Assembly: GCA_965242865.1 (NCBI GenBank)
Contig: CBDETK010000013.1
Span: 2,272,001-2,336,000 of the forward strand
Source: Candidatus Latescibacterota bacterium
GTDB lineage: Bacteria > Latescibacterota > UBA2968 > UBA8231
Direction: 5' to 3'
DNA length: 64,000 nucleotides
Made by a program: the position numbers and the translations under genes. The notes under the pieces are model-generated. The model had not been told where the DNA came from. It did no database searches and saw only the letters and a program-made list of their open reading frames with translations. Each line of letters opens with the position of its first letter. Position 1 is the stretch's first letter. Shown here piece by piece: positions 19,195 through 29,271 of this stretch.

Positions 19195-20271
19195 ATGAAA
19201 ATCACCAAAGTAGAAACCATTCAGATAGAGACCCCGCGCTACTACGGCCACGTCTCCGGGCACGTGCTGGTCCAAGTCTTTGTCGAGGACGGCCCGGTCG
19301 GCTGGGGCGAGGCGTCCGACAGCCGCGCCGAGGATTTGGCGGCCATTGCCCGGCAGTACAACGAGCTGTTGGTGGGGCGGGACGCCGGCGCCATTACCGA
19401 GATCAACGAGCTGTTGCTCGGCCACGCCTTCCACAGCTCGGTGACCGACCTCCACCTCGCCTCGGCCATTGATCTGGCCCTCTACGATCTCAATGGCAAG
19501 GCCCAAGGGGTGCCGGCCTATCGGCTTTTGGGCGGCAAGATGCGGGAGAAGCTCTATTGCTGCTATCCGATCTTTGGCTGGCAGGTAAAAGACGACTTCG
19601 AGCGCACGCTGGGCTATCTCCAGCGGCTGCTCGCCTTGGGGCATCACCTGTTCCGCTACTACGTGTCGGGCGATAGCGCGCTCGACGACCGCTTCTTGGG
19701 CGAGGCCCAGTGCCGCTTTGACGACCGGCTCAAGCTCAAGTCCATTGACTTTTCCGGGCGTTTCGCCGATTGGGAGACGGCCGTCCGCTACGCCGATGTC
19801 CTCCGCCACCACGCGCCGTATCACTTTGAGCAGCCCTCGGGCAATCTGCGGGTCTCGGCCGAATTTGTGCGGCGCGTTGACCTGCCGGTGAGTTGGCACA
19901 TCAACGGCCTCGCCTTGGGCATGGAAGCCATTGAAAAACGGGCCTGTACGGCCTTTAATCTCGCCTGCGTCTGCGGCGGCCCAACGCACATCCGCCGGCT
20001 TTTCGCCCTCGCGGAGGCGGCCGGGTTCCGCTGCCTAATCGGCACGGATCAGGAATCGACGCTGGGGGTTTCAGCGCAAGTTAGCCTTGGCATTGCCATG
20101 CCCAACACCAACTTGCCCTGCGACCCCATGGGGCCGGTGCTGTACACGGCCTCGCCGGCCGCAGAACGGGTGCGGGCCGAGGGCAGCTACTTGTATCCGT
20201 TTGAAAAGCCGGGGCTGGGAGTGGAAATCGACGCGGACAAGCTGCGGGCCATAACCGTAGCGCAAGCCTAG
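19195..20271 (+). CDS. Mandelate racemase/muconate lactonizing enzyme (enolase superfamily) protein
   Basis: MKITKVE, GWGEA, SAIDLALYDLNGK, LLGG, EQP, PGLGVEID; AAGGAG RBS. Confidence 0.85.
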   Translation: MKITKVETIQIETPRYYGHVSGHVLVQVFVEDGPVGWGEASDSRAEDLAAIARQYNELLVGRDAGAITEINELLLGHAFHSSVTDLHLASAIDLALYDLNGKAQGVPAYRLLGGKMREKLYCCYPIFGWQVKDDFERTLGYLQRLLALGHHLFRYYVSGDSALDDRFLGEAQCRFDDRLKLKSIDFSGRFADWETAVRYADVLRHHAPYHFEQPSGNLRVSAEFVRRVDLPVSWHINGLALGMEAIEKRACTAFNLACVCGGPTHIRRLFALAEAAGFRCLIGTDQESTLGVSAQVSLGIAMPNTNLPCDPMGPVLYTASPAAERVRAEGSYLYPFEKPGLGVEIDADKLRAITVAQA

Positions 20272-20369
20272 ACCGGGCTGGGGTTGGTTTGACCTTGTGC
20301 CGGTCGCGCCGCAGTATATCGTTATATCGTTCCGACAATACTTGATTTACAACCAACGAGGAGAGGGCA

Positions 20370-21362
20370 ATGAGCGAGGCAAACCGAGCAACTTGGGCCG
20401 ACAATTGGCTCGGGTATCGGGAGGAAATCAAGGTCGTTGATGTCACCATCCGCGATGGCGGCCTGATGAACGACCATTGGTTTGAAGACAGCGTAGTCAA
20501 AGGCGTGTACGAGTCCTGCATCGAGGCCGGGATCGACTACATGGAGATCGGGTACATCAACTCGCGGGCGCAGTTTCCGCCGGGCGAGTTTGGGCCGTGG
20601 AAGCACTGCCTCGAAGAGGACATGCGCCGCATCGTCGGCAGCAACGACACCCCGCTGAAGTTGGCGGCTATGGCCGACGCCGAAAAAAGCGATTACAAAA
20701 CCGACATCCTGCCGGCGTCTGAAAGCGTGTTGGACATGATCCGCGTGGCCACCTATATCCACCAGATGCCGCTGGCATTGGACATGATCAAGGACGCCAG
20801 CGACAAGGGCTACGAGACGACCTTAAACTTAATGGCCGTTTCCACCGTGCCGGAGTCCGAGGTCAAAAGTGCGCTGGAGATGCTGGTGCGCTCAGACGTG
20901 GGGGCCGTGTACGTGGTCGATAGCTTTGGCTCGCTCTACAGCGAGCAGATTCGCGCGCTTTGCACCATGTTTCTCGAATACTGCGAGGGCACCCCGATAG
21001 AGGTCGGCATCCACGCTCACAACAATCGGCAACTGGCTTTTGCCAACACCATCGACGCCGCGATACTGGGGGCCAATTGCGTGGATGCGAGTTTTGCCGG
21101 CTTAGGCCGCGGCGCCGGCAATTGCCAGATGGAGCTTTTGCTGGGCTTTTTGCACAACCCGAAATTTCGCTTGCGTCCCGTGCTCAAGTGCATTGAGCAA
21201 TACATTGAGCCGCTCCGCTCCAAGCTGCTATGGGGCTACGACTATCCCTACATGATCACCGGCCTGCTCAACCAACACCCGCGGGCCGGCATGGCGTTCA
21301 ACGCCTCTGAAAATCGGGGCAAGATCGTCCAGTTCTACGACCAGATGGAAGAGCAGGAGTGA
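20370..21362 (+). CDS. HMGL-like DRE-TIM aldolase (4-hydroxy-2-oxovalerate aldolase-like)
   Basis: DVTIRDGG, VDSFGS, HAHNN, GLGRGAGN. Confidence 0.85.
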   Translation: MSEANRATWADNWLGYREEIKVVDVTIRDGGLMNDHWFEDSVVKGVYESCIEAGIDYMEIGYINSRAQFPPGEFGPWKHCLEEDMRRIVGSNDTPLKLAAMADAEKSDYKTDILPASESVLDMIRVATYIHQMPLALDMIKDASDKGYETTLNLMAVSTVPESEVKSALEMLVRSDVGAVYVVDSFGSLYSEQIRALCTMFLEYCEGTPIEVGIHAHNNRQLAFANTIDAAILGANCVDASFAGLGRGAGNCQMELLLGFLHNPKFRLRPVLKCIEQYIEPLRSKLLWGYDYPYMITGLLNQHPRAGMAFNASENRGKIVQFYDQMEEQE

Positions 21363-21394
21363 GTCGGACGGATCGGTGCAAAAGCGGGTAGGAC

Positions 21395-22252
21395 ATGCGT
21401 CGCACGAGCACGACCGCCTCGTTGGCCGCCGGGATCCGCGCCCATCACTGGCAGTGGAATCCAGTGCCGATTTTTGCCGACGAGTACGCGGTGGATATGC
21501 TGTCGCTGGGGTGGCGTCTCATCGTCAAAAATCGCTTGCTCAACTGGCTGGTGGTCAATAAGCTGCTCGCTCCGTTCCATCCCATCCACACCGAGAACAT
21601 CCTCCGCGTCCGCTACGCCGAAGACTGTCTCAATGAGGCCATAAAAGCGGGCCTCGTGCAGTACGTGATTCTCGGGGCTGGTTTCGACACCTTTGCCCTG
21701 CGCGGTCGCGAGTTGGCAGATCAGGTGCAGGTGTTTGAAGTGGATCATCCCGCGACCCAGCGGATCAAGCGCGAGCGCGTGGGCCGGGTCGCCGGGCACA
21801 TCCCACCCAACGTGGCATTCGTGCCGGTTGACTTTGAGACCGAGCGGTTGGACGAGGTGCTTAGGAGCAGCCGGTTCGACGCCGGGCAACCCGCATTTTT
21901 TTCGTGGCTGGGGACGACTTACTACCTGACCCAGGACGCCATCAGGGAGACGCTTGGTTGTATTGCGGCGGTTGCGGCCCCGGGTAGCCGCCTCGTCTGC
22001 GATTACAAGCTGCCGCTAGCCCCCGAACAGAGTGTACCCCTCAACGACAAGCTAGAACGCCTCGTGAAGCGGCTGGGCGAGCCGATGCGGTCCGAGTTTG
22101 CGCCCGAAGATCTCAAGGCCGAAATGGCGCGCATCGGCTGGGCCGAGTTGGAAAGCCTGCTGCCGCCCGCGCAGGCGCGGCACTACCTGCAAAATCGGAG
22201 CGATATCGTCGCGCCGCCGCCGAATTTCGCCTTTGCCCTGTTTGGCTGCTAA
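21395..22252 (+). CDS. Class I SAM-dependent methyltransferase (leucine carboxyl methyltransferase-like family)
   Basis: QYVILGAGFDT, FEVDHPATQ, VPVDFE, WLGTTYYL. Confidence 0.85.
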   Translation: MRRTSTTASLAAGIRAHHWQWNPVPIFADEYAVDMLSLGWRLIVKNRLLNWLVVNKLLAPFHPIHTENILRVRYAEDCLNEAIKAGLVQYVILGAGFDTFALRGRELADQVQVFEVDHPATQRIKRERVGRVAGHIPPNVAFVPVDFETERLDEVLRSSRFDAGQPAFFSWLGTTYYLTQDAIRETLGCIAAVAAPGSRLVCDYKLPLAPEQSVPLNDKLERLVKRLGEPMRSEFAPEDLKAEMARIGWAELESLLPPAQARHYLQNRSDIVAPPPNFAFALFGC

Positions 22253-22977
22253 TGTACCACCTAAGCGATAAAGAGAAACAACGCTTAGTCGAAGCCATCC
22301 GTGCAGTTTACGCGATTCCTTTTGTCGATGATATAGAGGATTATATCTGGGAAGCCATATTTACGTATGTCAAAGATATTCCATCGGTTGATCCTCTCTC
22401 GCATACTAGGAGCAAAAATCTATTCGATGTAGTTGATGAAAAAAGCAAAATTGGCTGGTCAATTAAGGCGGCTCAAGTAAATCAAAATGCAATCATTCTG
22501 CCTTGTGAGTTTGAGGTCGTCATACAGCGAGCAGATATTTTTGCAAAAGCCGAGAAGCTTGGCTTTGGTACGCTCTCTACTGAGTCGCCTACTGAACGGC
22601 TTGGAGCTGCTCTGCTCAAGCATTGGTACAGCGAGAAAGTTCGGCAAGATGCAGGAATTCAGGGAGTAAAAGAAAAGCGAGTATCCATTTTGCTAAAATC
22701 AAAAAACAGAAAGCATTACGTTTATTTTGAAGAGAAATTGATTGAATATAAGGAGAACGACCTGAAATGGGCCTGGACCGATGGGAACAAAAAGGGCCTA
22801 CAGGCGAGACGCATTAAAGACAATGTGCTGGTTTTTCGGTGGTATCCGAATCAAAAACAATTTTTTGAACGCTTTATTTTTCCTAAAGATGCATACGAGT
22901 TTTGTATTGAACCGCAGCGTCTCGCAGCAGACGATGTTGTTGCGATTCTTTTGGCAAAACTCGAAGGCAGACTTTAA
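22252..22977 (+). CDS. Putative type II restriction endonuclease
   Basis: AT-rich; WE...LFDVV...GWSIK resembles a PD-(D/E)XK variant; convergent with a C5 MTase. Confidence 0.55.
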   Translation: MYHLSDKEKQRLVEAIRAVYAIPFVDDIEDYIWEAIFTYVKDIPSVDPLSHTRSKNLFDVVDEKSKIGWSIKAAQVNQNAIILPCEFEVVIQRADIFAKAEKLGFGTLSTESPTERLGAALLKHWYSEKVRQDAGIQGVKEKRVSILLKSKNRKHYVYFEEKLIEYKENDLKWAWTDGNKKGLQARRIKDNVLVFRWYPNQKQFFERFIFPKDAYEFCIEPQRLAADDVVAILLAKLEGRL

Positions 22978-24070
22978 TGTTCGTCGCCATATTTTGCATT
23001 ATTAGAGGAGGAACAGCATTTCCCACTTGATGAGATTTTTCAATATAAGTACCCGTAAATCTAAAATCATCAGAAAAAGACTGAAGCCTCGCCGCTTCTC
23101 GGATAGTTAGCAATCTAGCTTCCCGAGGATGACAGAAGCGCCCGGATCCAGGATGGAATACCCACCTAGTAATTGTTGGCGCAATCATTTCAAAATCAAG
23201 TCTTCCATAAGCACCACTATATCCCGATTTTGGTCTGATTTTCTTTGGTAAATTTTTTATTCCTTGGCCTGGTCCCAAAGACGAAATTCGAGTAAATTGT
23301 TTTTCATTTAACGCTCGTGTAAGGTGATCGTAGAGAATACGCGAATCTTCTCTCATATCTACTTGATATTCGTTTTGCGGCTGAAGACTGTACTCCATAG
23401 GCTCATACCCTTCACCATTTTCCAAAACGGGCAAATCTGAGATTGCCTCCCAAGCGGAATGGTACTGCTTTACGGTGCCGAATAAGACGTTTACATGATC
23501 GGGACCAAAAGTAGGCGGTGGAAGTGCGGGTTTGATCTCCGTTCTCGAAGCGAAGAAAAAGCAACGCCTTCTGCGCTGTGGGACACCATAGTCTGGGGCG
23601 TATAAAATAGCGGTATCTATTTCATAGCCAAACTGTCGTAAGCTATTGATAATTTCTGCCCGTACGGATCCGTCGTACGCCCTATAAATCTCCGCAACAT
23701 TTTCCATAACGACAACTTTGGGCAACATGGCCTCAACGAAGCGCAAAAAATCGCGGAATAATTGATTGCGCGGATCTCTGAGAAAACGATAGGCCGCTGG
23801 CACATTTTTTGAAAACCCTTGGCAAGGAGGGCCGCCAATGAGGCAATCAAGAGTACCTTTTTCTAATTTTAGCATTGACATTAACGAATATGGGTCCAAG
23901 TCGGCTATATCTGCTTTTATCGTGCTAGCAGTCGGATGATTAAAGTGAAATGTTTCTAAGGCTCTGCTCCATATATCAACGCCAGCTAGCACACTGAAAC
24001 CCGCTTTATGTAACCCCCAAGACATTCCTCCGCACCCGCTGAATAAATCTATAACCGTTGGCTTTTGCAT
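22883..24070 (-). CDS. DNA (cytosine-5)-methyltransferase
   Basis: DLFSGCGG, GGPPCQGFS, MENV, PQRRRR, REAARLQSF, QVGNAVPP. Confidence 0.95.
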   Translation of the reverse strand: MQKPTVIDLFSGCGGMSWGLHKAGFSVLAGVDIWSRALETFHFNHPTASTIKADIADLDPYSLMSMLKLEKGTLDCLIGGPPCQGFSKNVPAAYRFLRDPRNQLFRDFLRFVEAMLPKVVVMENVAEIYRAYDGSVRAEIINSLRQFGYEIDTAILYAPDYGVPQRRRRCFFFASRTEIKPALPPPTFGPDHVNVLFGTVKQYHSAWEAISDLPVLENGEGYEPMEYSLQPQNEYQVDMREDSRILYDHLTRALNEKQFTRISSLGPGQGIKNLPKKIRPKSGYSGAYGRLDFEMIAPTITRWVFHPGSGRFCHPREARLLTIREAARLQSFSDDFRFTGTYIEKSHQVGNAVPPLIMQNMATNIKVCLRVLPKESQQHRLLRDAAVQYKTRMHL

Positions 24071-24292
24071 TAGTTGCTCCTAACTCTATTCTAATAGTAA
24101 CTATGGTATTCTTTTGTCTTTGTCAAGACAAGCAAAAGCAAATTTTGGTTAGCTTATGGAAGGGATGGCGGCCTATCGCGCCTCCGGCTTTTTCAGAGAG
24201 CTCAACCGGGGCAGAAATCAGTCTCTTGTCTTGGTCAACGAAAACCCTTAGCCTACATTATAATATGCTTTATACTTTGCCGCGCCCGCTCT

Positions 24293-24895
24293 TCAGTACC
24301 ACAGATAGCTGGCGTTGAAGGCGAGGCCCAAGCCCGTGACGTCGGCTTTGATCGCTTGGTCGTCGATGGTAGCCTCTGCGCTTGGTGCGCCCCAGCCGAT
24401 GGTGCCTTTGATCATCCAGTGCTTGTGTACCTCGTAGCCTATGCTGCCGGCCAGCCCGAGGCCATCGAGAATGTTGGCTCCGCCGTCGTCCCAGCGGGCA
24501 GTGCCGATGACGGCCTCGACAAAGGGCGATGGAGCGCGTTTTTTGAAGAAATAGGTCGCGCTAAAGCCGTCGATCTCAAAGCGGGTACTGCCCCTTTCAA
24601 CCGCGGTGCCGAGGAGCTTGATCGCGTCGTCATCCGTGCCGCTGCCCAAGTCCAAGACCCAGCCTAGGACGAGGTGCTTGGTGAGGCCGTAGCCGAACCG
24701 GAGCGCGGTGCCAAAGGTCGGGTCGCGGTCTTCGCGCTGGGATCGCTCGTCGTCGATGAGCCACTCCTGCTCGATAAACTGGTAGCCCGGCCCGAGGCTA
24801 AAACCGAACAGAAAGCCTTCGCGGTTTCCATCAAAGGCGTAGGTGGCCAGCGGCAGCCCTAGCAAGAGGGCGAGAAGCGACAAGGCGCGTTGCAT
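24293..24895 (-). CDS. Outer-membrane beta-barrel protein (OmpA/OmpW-like 8-strand type)
   Basis: Signal peptide, alternating amphipathic strands, terminal aromatic YLWY. Confidence 0.65.
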   Translation of the reverse strand: MQRALSLLALLLGLPLATYAFDGNREGFLFGFSLGPGYQFIEQEWLIDDERSQREDRDPTFGTALRFGYGLTKHLVLGWVLDLGSGTDDDAIKLLGTAVERGSTRFEIDGFSATYFFKKRAPSPFVEAVIGTARWDDGGANILDGLGLAGSIGYEVHKHWMIKGTIGWGAPSAEATIDDQAIKADVTGLGLAFNASYLWY

Positions 24896-25021
24896 GATGA
24901 AGATCCGTCCGTTTAGAAGTTGAGGTTGGATGCCAAAAAAGCCAAACATAAGCGGGCTGTCAAATTATCCAACGCCGCTACCGACAAAGCGCACCACAGC
25001 CCCCCACCGAGAGGAGACGCT

Positions 25022-26881
25022 ATGCACCCTTTTCCTGACCGCCATCTGGCGGTACAACCCGCACTGACCCGCTCGTCCCGCACCCACTACGCCCTCGACG
25101 GTCCGTTGGCGGCCTACTTGCTTGCGGTCACCGAGCAGTGGCTGCTCATCGCGCCCGCGGCCAATCCGGCCATGTTGGCCATGTTTGCCGACCGCGACCG
25201 CAAGCCCTATCGCGATCAGATGCCGTGGGCCGGAGAATTTGCCGGCAAGTACCTGACGAGTGCCGTGCAAATCCTGCGGCTGACCGGCGACCCAACGCTA
25301 AAAAGGCACCTCAAAGCCTTCGTCGCTCAACTCATCGCCCACCAAGACGCAGACGGCTATCTCGGCCCTTGGCCGCACCGCCACCGCCTGACCGGGTACG
25401 CGCCCAACGTCGCGAACAAGCGCGGCGCCACGTGGGACGCTTGGGGGCATTATCACGCCATGCTGGGCTTGTTGCTCTGGTACGAGGAAAGCCGCGATTC
25501 ACAGGTCTTGCACTGCGTCGAGGCCATGGCCGCGCTCTTGGGCCGGAAGTTTGGGGGCAAAAAGCGTCCGCGGCTGGTCGATACCGGCAGTACGGAGATG
25601 AACCTAGCCCCGGTCCACGTCCTGTGCCTCCTCCACCGTCAGACCGGCCAAGATCGCTATCTCGCCTTGGCCTTGCAGTGGGTCGATGAGTTCGCCGCGC
25701 TAGACGCGGACGGGCAGCCGCTCGCGGGCGATTATCTCAATCGAGCCTTGGCCGGCCAGCCCTTCTTCCAAACGCCCAAGCCGCGCTGGGAAAGCCTGCA
25801 TCCGATCATGGCCTTGGCCGAGTTGTACTGGATCACCGGCGAGGCCCCCTACCGCCGGGCTTTTGAGCAGATCTGGTGGAGCATCGTCGAGCTCGACCGG
25901 CACAACAACGGCGGCTTTTCTTCGGGCGAAGCCGCCCAAGGCAACCCCTACCACCAAGGCGCGATCGAGACCTGCTGCACCATCGCTTGGGTGGCTGCGA
26001 GCGTGGAGATGCTCAAGCTGACCGGCAACTCGATTGTGGCCGACGAGCTCGAGCTCTCCACCCTCAACTCCATCCTCGGCCTGCACTCGGCGAGCGGTCG
26101 CTGGGTCACGTACAACACGCCGATGGACGGAGTGCGCAAGGCGAGTGCCCACGACATAGTCTTTCAGGCGCGCGAAGGCAGCCCCGAGTTGAACTGCTGC
26201 AGCGTCAATGGAGCGCGCGGGTTGGGCATGGTCGCGGACTGGGCGCTCATGCGCGACGCGGACGGGCTGGTACTCAATTGGTACGGCCCGGGCCGGATGC
26301 AGACCGAGCTGGAACGCGGCGTGGTCGTGGTGCTGACCCAACAGACGGAGTACCCCCGTAGCGGGCGCGTGCGCATTCGCGTCGATCCGGCCGAGGCCGC
26401 GGAGTTTGCGCTCAAATTGCGAGTGCCCTACTGGTCGCAGCAAACGAAGGTGCGAGTAAACGGCGAGGCCGCCAGCACAGCGGACGCGGGGGCGTACCGG
26501 ACGCTGACGCGGCACTGGCAGCCCGGGGATACCATTGACCTCAACTTGGACATGTCCCTGCACTACTGGCGCGGCGAACGGGAGTGCCGCGGTACGGTCT
26601 CGATTTTTCGGGGGCCGGTGCTCTTGACCTACGACCGCCGGCTCAACGCCATAGACCCGGCCGAGGTGCCGGCACTCAACGCGGTAGCCCTGCAAGGGGA
26701 TTTGGTGGAGGCTGAGGCGATGGTGGCGCTGGATGTGGGGGCCGCAGACGGCCGCACGCTGCGCTTGTGCGACTTTGCCAGCGCCGGGGAAGGCGGCTCG
26801 CCGTATCGCTCTTGGCTGCGCGTGACCAACGCCCCCCAAACGCCTTTTTCCCGCGAAAACCCGCTCCGCAGCGGGCGGTAA
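25022..26881 (+). CDS. Glycoside hydrolase family 127/146 (beta-L-arabinofuranosidase-like)
   Basis: GEFAGKYL, QDADGYLG, ETCCT, NCCSVN, TEYP, LRVPYWS, RGPVLL; GGAG RBS. Confidence 0.85.
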   Translation: MHPFPDRHLAVQPALTRSSRTHYALDGPLAAYLLAVTEQWLLIAPAANPAMLAMFADRDRKPYRDQMPWAGEFAGKYLTSAVQILRLTGDPTLKRHLKAFVAQLIAHQDADGYLGPWPHRHRLTGYAPNVANKRGATWDAWGHYHAMLGLLLWYEESRDSQVLHCVEAMAALLGRKFGGKKRPRLVDTGSTEMNLAPVHVLCLLHRQTGQDRYLALALQWVDEFAALDADGQPLAGDYLNRALAGQPFFQTPKPRWESLHPIMALAELYWITGEAPYRRAFEQIWWSIVELDRHNNGGFSSGEAAQGNPYHQGAIETCCTIAWVAASVEMLKLTGNSIVADELELSTLNSILGLHSASGRWVTYNTPMDGVRKASAHDIVFQAREGSPELNCCSVNGARGLGMVADWALMRDADGLVLNWYGPGRMQTELERGVVVVLTQQTEYPRSGRVRIRVDPAEAAEFALKLRVPYWSQQTKVRVNGEAASTADAGAYRTLTRHWQPGDTIDLNLDMSLHYWRGERECRGTVSIFRGPVLLTYDRRLNAIDPAEVPALNAVALQGDLVEAEAMVALDVGAADGRTLRLCDFASAGEGGSPYRSWLRVTNAPQTPFSRENPLRSGR

Positions 26882-26900
26882 GGCAACAGGAGCTTGTATC

Positions 26901-28232
26901 ATGCGAGAACATTCGGTGCGCCGCTCGTTGCAAATCTACGAGCGCGCCAAAGCACTCATCCCCGGCACCACCCAGCTCATCAGCCGGCGGCCAACCCGGG
27001 CCGCGCTCGGCGTCAGCCCCATCTACGCCGAGCGCGCCCAAGGCTGTCGCATCTGGGATGTGGATGGCAACGAATACATCGATTGGACCAGCGCGGTGGG
27101 GCCGGTGATCTTGGGCTATGCCGACGAGGTCGTCGATGCCGCGGTCCGCGCCCAGATCGACCGGGGGGCGATCTATAGCATCGTCCAAGAATCGGCCGTG
27201 GAACTGGCCGAAGTGCTGGTGCGGATCGTGCCCTCGGCCGAGATGGTGCGCTACTGCAAGGGCGGGGGCGAGGCCTGCGCCATTGCCGTGCGGATCGCGC
27301 GCGGAGTCACCGGCCGCGACAAGGTGCTGTTTTGCGGGTATCACGGCTGGCACGACTGGTATCAAGCGGCCAACCTCGGGGCAGAGCGGCTGGCCGCTCA
27401 TCTCTTTAATGGCATTGAGCCGATTGGGGTGCCCCGCTGTCTGGAGGGCACGGCCCTGCCTTTTGCGTACGGCGATCTCCATGAACTAACGGCCCTGCTC
27501 GAAAGACATGCTGGCGAGTTGGCCTGTATCATCATGGAGCCGATGCGCTCGGACGAGCCGCCGCCGGGCTATCTCGAAAAGGTGCGGGAGTTGGCGTCGC
27601 ACTACGGGGTGGTGCTCATTTTTGACGAGGTCTCGTCCGGGTTCCGGGTGGCCTTGGGCGGCGCGCAGGAATACGCGAGCGTGACGCCGGACCTCTCTGT
27701 TTTTGCCAAGGCCATCTCCAATGGCTATCCCATGGGCGCGGTGGTCGGCAAGCGGGAGTTTATGGCCTTAGCCGAGCAGATGTTTATCTCCAGCGCTTAT
27801 TGGGACGACAACATTGGCGTGGCGGCCTCGCTGGCGACCTTACGAGAGTTGGAGCGCCGCGACGCAGTGGGCCACTTCGAGCGCATCGGCGCCTCGTTTA
27901 AGGAGCAGGTAAACGCCGCGGCCGCGGCCGTTGGGCTTGACGCGTGCTGCGAGGGGGTGGCGGCGCATCCCCGCATCCACTTCGGCGCGGCCGATGCCGC
28001 AACAGCGGCCCAGGTCCACACCCTGTTCATCCAAGAGAACGCCCGCCGCGGCGTGATCTTGGCGGCTGGGTTCATGTTCAACTGCGCCCACGGCGAGCCC
28101 GAAGTCGAACAGACCGCGGCCGTGGTGCGGCAGAGTTTTGCGGTTATTGCCGAGGGGTTGGAGCGCGGGACCTTGGACGACCTGCTCGCCGCCCCGCCCC
28201 AGCAAGAGCTTTTCCGGCGGTTGGTGCGCTAG
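26901..28232 (+). CDS. Class III aminotransferase (glutamate-1-semialdehyde aminomutase-like)
   Basis: WDVDGNEYID, GYHGWHD, IFDEVSSGFR, FAKAISNGYP. Confidence 0.85.
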   Translation: MREHSVRRSLQIYERAKALIPGTTQLISRRPTRAALGVSPIYAERAQGCRIWDVDGNEYIDWTSAVGPVILGYADEVVDAAVRAQIDRGAIYSIVQESAVELAEVLVRIVPSAEMVRYCKGGGEACAIAVRIARGVTGRDKVLFCGYHGWHDWYQAANLGAERLAAHLFNGIEPIGVPRCLEGTALPFAYGDLHELTALLERHAGELACIIMEPMRSDEPPPGYLEKVRELASHYGVVLIFDEVSSGFRVALGGAQEYASVTPDLSVFAKAISNGYPMGAVVGKREFMALAEQMFISSAYWDDNIGVAASLATLRELERRDAVGHFERIGASFKEQVNAAAAAVGLDACCEGVAAHPRIHFGAADAATAAQVHTLFIQENARRGVILAAGFMFNCAHGEPEVEQTAAVVRQSFAVIAEGLERGTLDDLLAAPPQQELFRRLVR

Positions 28233-28815
28233 GGCTGCGGCCCAAATCCCCCGTGGTGCAAGAGCGGGCTGAGGACGAGGTGGTAGCTGACTTGGCGGGT
28301 GCCGAAATAGGCTTCGACGTCGCCGGTGGGATCGGCCCCGGCGAGGGCCTCGCGGAGGCTCGTCGCCAAGCGTTGATAGAGCGTTTGGCTGTGGGCAAAG
28401 AAGTGGTTGAACTGGGCTGGCGCGCAAAGGCGCGCAACGCTCGGACGAAGCGCGTAAAGTTTTCCTCGTTGCGGAAGGCGCGGTAGAGGTGGGGGGGAAT
28501 GGGTTGGGTTGGTTCTAATGCGGGCGGGTCCGACAGGTAGAGCATGGCGGTTGGGTAGGCGTCAGACCACCCGCTGTCCGCGCTCAGGCTGCGGAAAAAG
28601 GCCACGGCCTGCTGGGGGGGATAGCGCGAGAAGTGCGCGACGAGGTCGGCGGCGTAATCCACTCGATAGGGCGTCAGATAGCGATACTGGCTGAGGAGTT
28701 GGACCGCGGTGAGCAGCTCGATGCGCGGGTCCGCGCCGATGTGCAGGCGTTGCTCGGCGCGGACCCCAGCGGCGAGCAGCAGGGCAAGCCCCAGATATAT
28801 GCGATGAGAATTTCC
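28229..28815 (-). pseudogene. DUF4932-like exported protein, frameshifted and truncated
   Basis: DPRIELLTAVQLL start; frameshift near 28420 into AQFNHFF..YFG..HGGFGPQP*; no clear start codon. Confidence 0.6.
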
Positions 28816-28820
28816 AACGA

Positions 28821-29147
28821 TTAGGAGTCCCAAGCGTCGTCGGGGTCTGGGGCCGAGCGGGTGTCGTGCAGGGCTTCTTTGAGTTGTTTGCCCGGCTTGA
28901 AGTGCGTCTTGCGGCGGGCGGGCACGTACACGACCTCGCCGGTGCGCGGGTTGCGCGCCGCGGGCTTGGGTTTGGTGTCTTTGACTTCGAGTACGCCGAA
29001 TCCCCTGATTTCAATGCGGTTGCCTTCGATAAGCGTTTCGCGCATGGCCTCGAAAAGGCTATTGACCATTTCCAACGTCAGATTGTTTTTGCAGCCGAGC
29101 GTATCGGCCACTGATTTTGCTAGATCCTTCTTGGTTATCGTGGGCAC
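28821..29147 (-). CDS. Integration host factor beta / HU family DNA-binding protein
   Basis: TKKDL, RIEIRGFG, ARNPRTGE, FKPGKQLK. Confidence 0.9.
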   Translation of the reverse strand: MPTITKKDLAKSVADTLGCKNNLTLEMVNSLFEAMRETLIEGNRIEIRGFGVLEVKDTKPKPAARNPRTGEVVYVPARRKTHFKPGKQLKEALHDTRSAPDPDDAWDS

Positions 29148-29203
29148 TAAAACCTCGCTAGATGAGGAGTTAAACCGGCTCTGATTTTGTGCTAAGTGCT
29201 TGT

Positions 29204-29231
29204 ATTATACGAAATTCTGAAACTCAATCAA
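29204..29231 (-). promoter_or_regulatory. Probable sigma70 promoter of the IHF/HU gene
   Basis: Minus strand TTGATT-16 nt-TATAAT. Confidence 0.5.
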
Positions 29232-29271
29232 GAGAAAAGTAACCTATAAAAGAAACAGCGACATAAGCGCG

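Noticed and set aside
25700-26902. Long antisense ORFs (also 54618..56018, 36031..37047, 31378..32313)
   Set aside because: Shadow frames of GC-rich genes with no recognisable motifs.
29192-29205. IHF autoregulatory site upstream of the IHF/HU gene
   Set aside because: Only the CAAnnnnTTR core matches; too weak in AT-rich DNA.
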